In this document: positions 61,521-64,000 of the stretch, piece after piece
Numbering within the stretch: position 1 is the first letter of the stretch
Layout of the letters: each line of letters starts with the position of its first letter
Source of the DNA: Malacoraja senta
Lineage: Eukaryota
Direction: 5' to 3'
NCBI GenBank assembly: GCA_038087875.1
Contig: CM075988.1
Coordinates: 13,580,001-13,644,000 of the forward strand
Length of the DNA stretch: 64,000 bases
Position numbers and translations under genes: made by a program
Notes under the pieces: model-generated
Seen by the model: the letters and a program-made list of their open reading frames with translations, nothing else
What the model was told of the DNA's origin: nothing
Databases searched by the model: none

Positions 61521-62611
61521 AATGGTGTAGCCACCTCTTGGAAATATTGATCCACAAATCTTTTATGTTTCCCCGAAGCTCCACAGTATCTCCATCTCTC
61601 CTTGATCTCACCAACCTTGAGTTCAATCTTAAACTGCCGGGGAGAGTCCCTACATGTGACCCACCTGCACACATGAAGTGTTTTGAAGTTCTCACGTGGC
61701 ACAAGAATTGCAACCTAAAGATCTTAGCTACCTATCCATGGGTTAAAACACCTTGATTTCTTCCATTAGAATCTGGTTTCTGTCTTTTTAAAACTATTTC
61801 TTTCAACTAATTTATGACCTCAGCTCTCAGAACAAGGTCTTTCCAGCTCTCTTTTGATCCAGTTCTGGTTTTATTAAGTACCGGAGCAGTACCATTTTCC
61901 TCTCTCCATCAAATTCCCTCACTCACCAAATCCCATATTCGGTATCCATCAAAAGAATACATTACAGAATCAGACTCTGCAACTTGCTCCAGTTTCTGTT
62001 CTCTCTTTTAATTTGTTTTGCAAGAAATAGAGAATGAAAAAAAACAAATCTTCCCTTTGTTTTATTTAGCTCACATCATTCACGTGTGCAACTATTTAAT
62101 GTGAAAACATTTGTATTTTCTACATTGTTGATCTCTTATCATTAAATCTGTGAATACTGAGTTATACACAGCAGCTTCAGGCACATTTTGGTTGATTTTT
62201 TTCCCCCCATCCTGGTGATCCATGAACTAAAATGCTTTTATCTCCCTTGCTGTTTAAAACAAATTGCATCATTTTGTTTCACTAAAATTGCACAGTGGAA
62301 TATCTAAGCTGCTCCAATTGCAACCAAACATATAATGGAATTGATTGTAAATGCTTGAAGTTTAGAATTTCGCTTATATTCCTAACTAGGTCAGATCTTT
62401 CTAGATTTCTATTGCTGCTGCAATTTGTTCACCAGAATATTGAACATCTATTCCATTTAATCTGTTTGTTTTTCACACACTTCACCCTTCAAGGAGCTTA
62501 TTTATTCATGCAAGCATATAGCTTATGGCAAGAATATCATGTTCTGTTATATTTGGATCAGATTCTGTTCATTAATGTATATGTTTCCAAGAGCATATGA
62601 TCATACAATCC

Positions 62612-62676
<65 letters not shown>

Positions 62677-62700
62677 TACATACATACATACATACATACA

Positions 62701-62735
<35 letters not shown>
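62612..62735. repeat. Compound (TA)n(CA)n(TACA)n microsatellite
   Basis: Direct. Confidence 0.95.
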
Positions 62736-62781
62736 CTAAATAGATGTATATATAATGTGTGAATTGTGTGTGTACATATAT

Positions 62782-63540
<759 letters not shown>

Positions 63541-64000
63541 CCCACTCTTTACTATATTAACAGGATGGTCAAGATTATAAATAATGTTCTCCTTTTTTTT
63601 CTCTTTTTACTCTCTTTTTCTACTCTTTAACTCTCTTCTTTCATTCTCTTTTCTTCTTCTTCACACACTATATATCTCACGTTTTTCTATACTTTATTAT
63701 CTAATTTCTTTTTAGATAATAAAGTATTATCTAATAAAAAAATAAGAAGCTGTACATAAAATGTATTATGAAAATATGATTGTATACAATTGTACTTCTA
63801 ATAAAATAAAAAACAAACAAAAAACCCCCAAACAGAACTGCTGGGCCTTGTATCATACCTATCATGTATTCAAAGAATCCCAGCAGTGCACCAAATTACT
63901 TTGGGAAGTTAGCCAACAGTCAATCTATGCACAGTCAAAGAGAAATGGGGTGCCTGACAACATAATCTGTTTCACATGGAACATAGAAATGAAAAGCGCA

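Overview
Eukaryotic, repeat-dense, apparently intronic or intergenic DNA. The HE1-type SINEs and CR1/HER1-type LINEs point to a cartilaginous fish, probably a skate or ray (inference). No host protein-coding exon can be supported; all recognisable ORFs are transposon-derived. Contents: CR1 and Rex1/Babar LINEs, RTE and Vingi fragments, Neptune-type Penelope-like elements (PLEs) with many short PLE-derived insertions, a Passport-like Tc1 transposon inserted in a CR1, a non-autonomous Helitron, nested PIF/Harbinger MITEs, tRNA-derived SINEs and microsatellites. The most striking signal is candidate catalytic RNA in non-autonomous retroelements. (1) A complete, CPEB3-like HDV-fold ribozyme lies exactly at the 5' end of an internally deleted Vingi element (10755-10837). 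(2) A 124-bp element begins with a compact, broken HDV fold (58300). (3) Minimal hammerhead motifs occur in the PLE 3' end and in a dispersed family of short, often fold-back insertions with 10-14 bp TSDs. A GC-rich non-autonomous family also keeps a conserved stem-loop while exchanging 3' tails. Family names come from recalled consensus features, not database searches; boundaries of degenerate copies are approximate.
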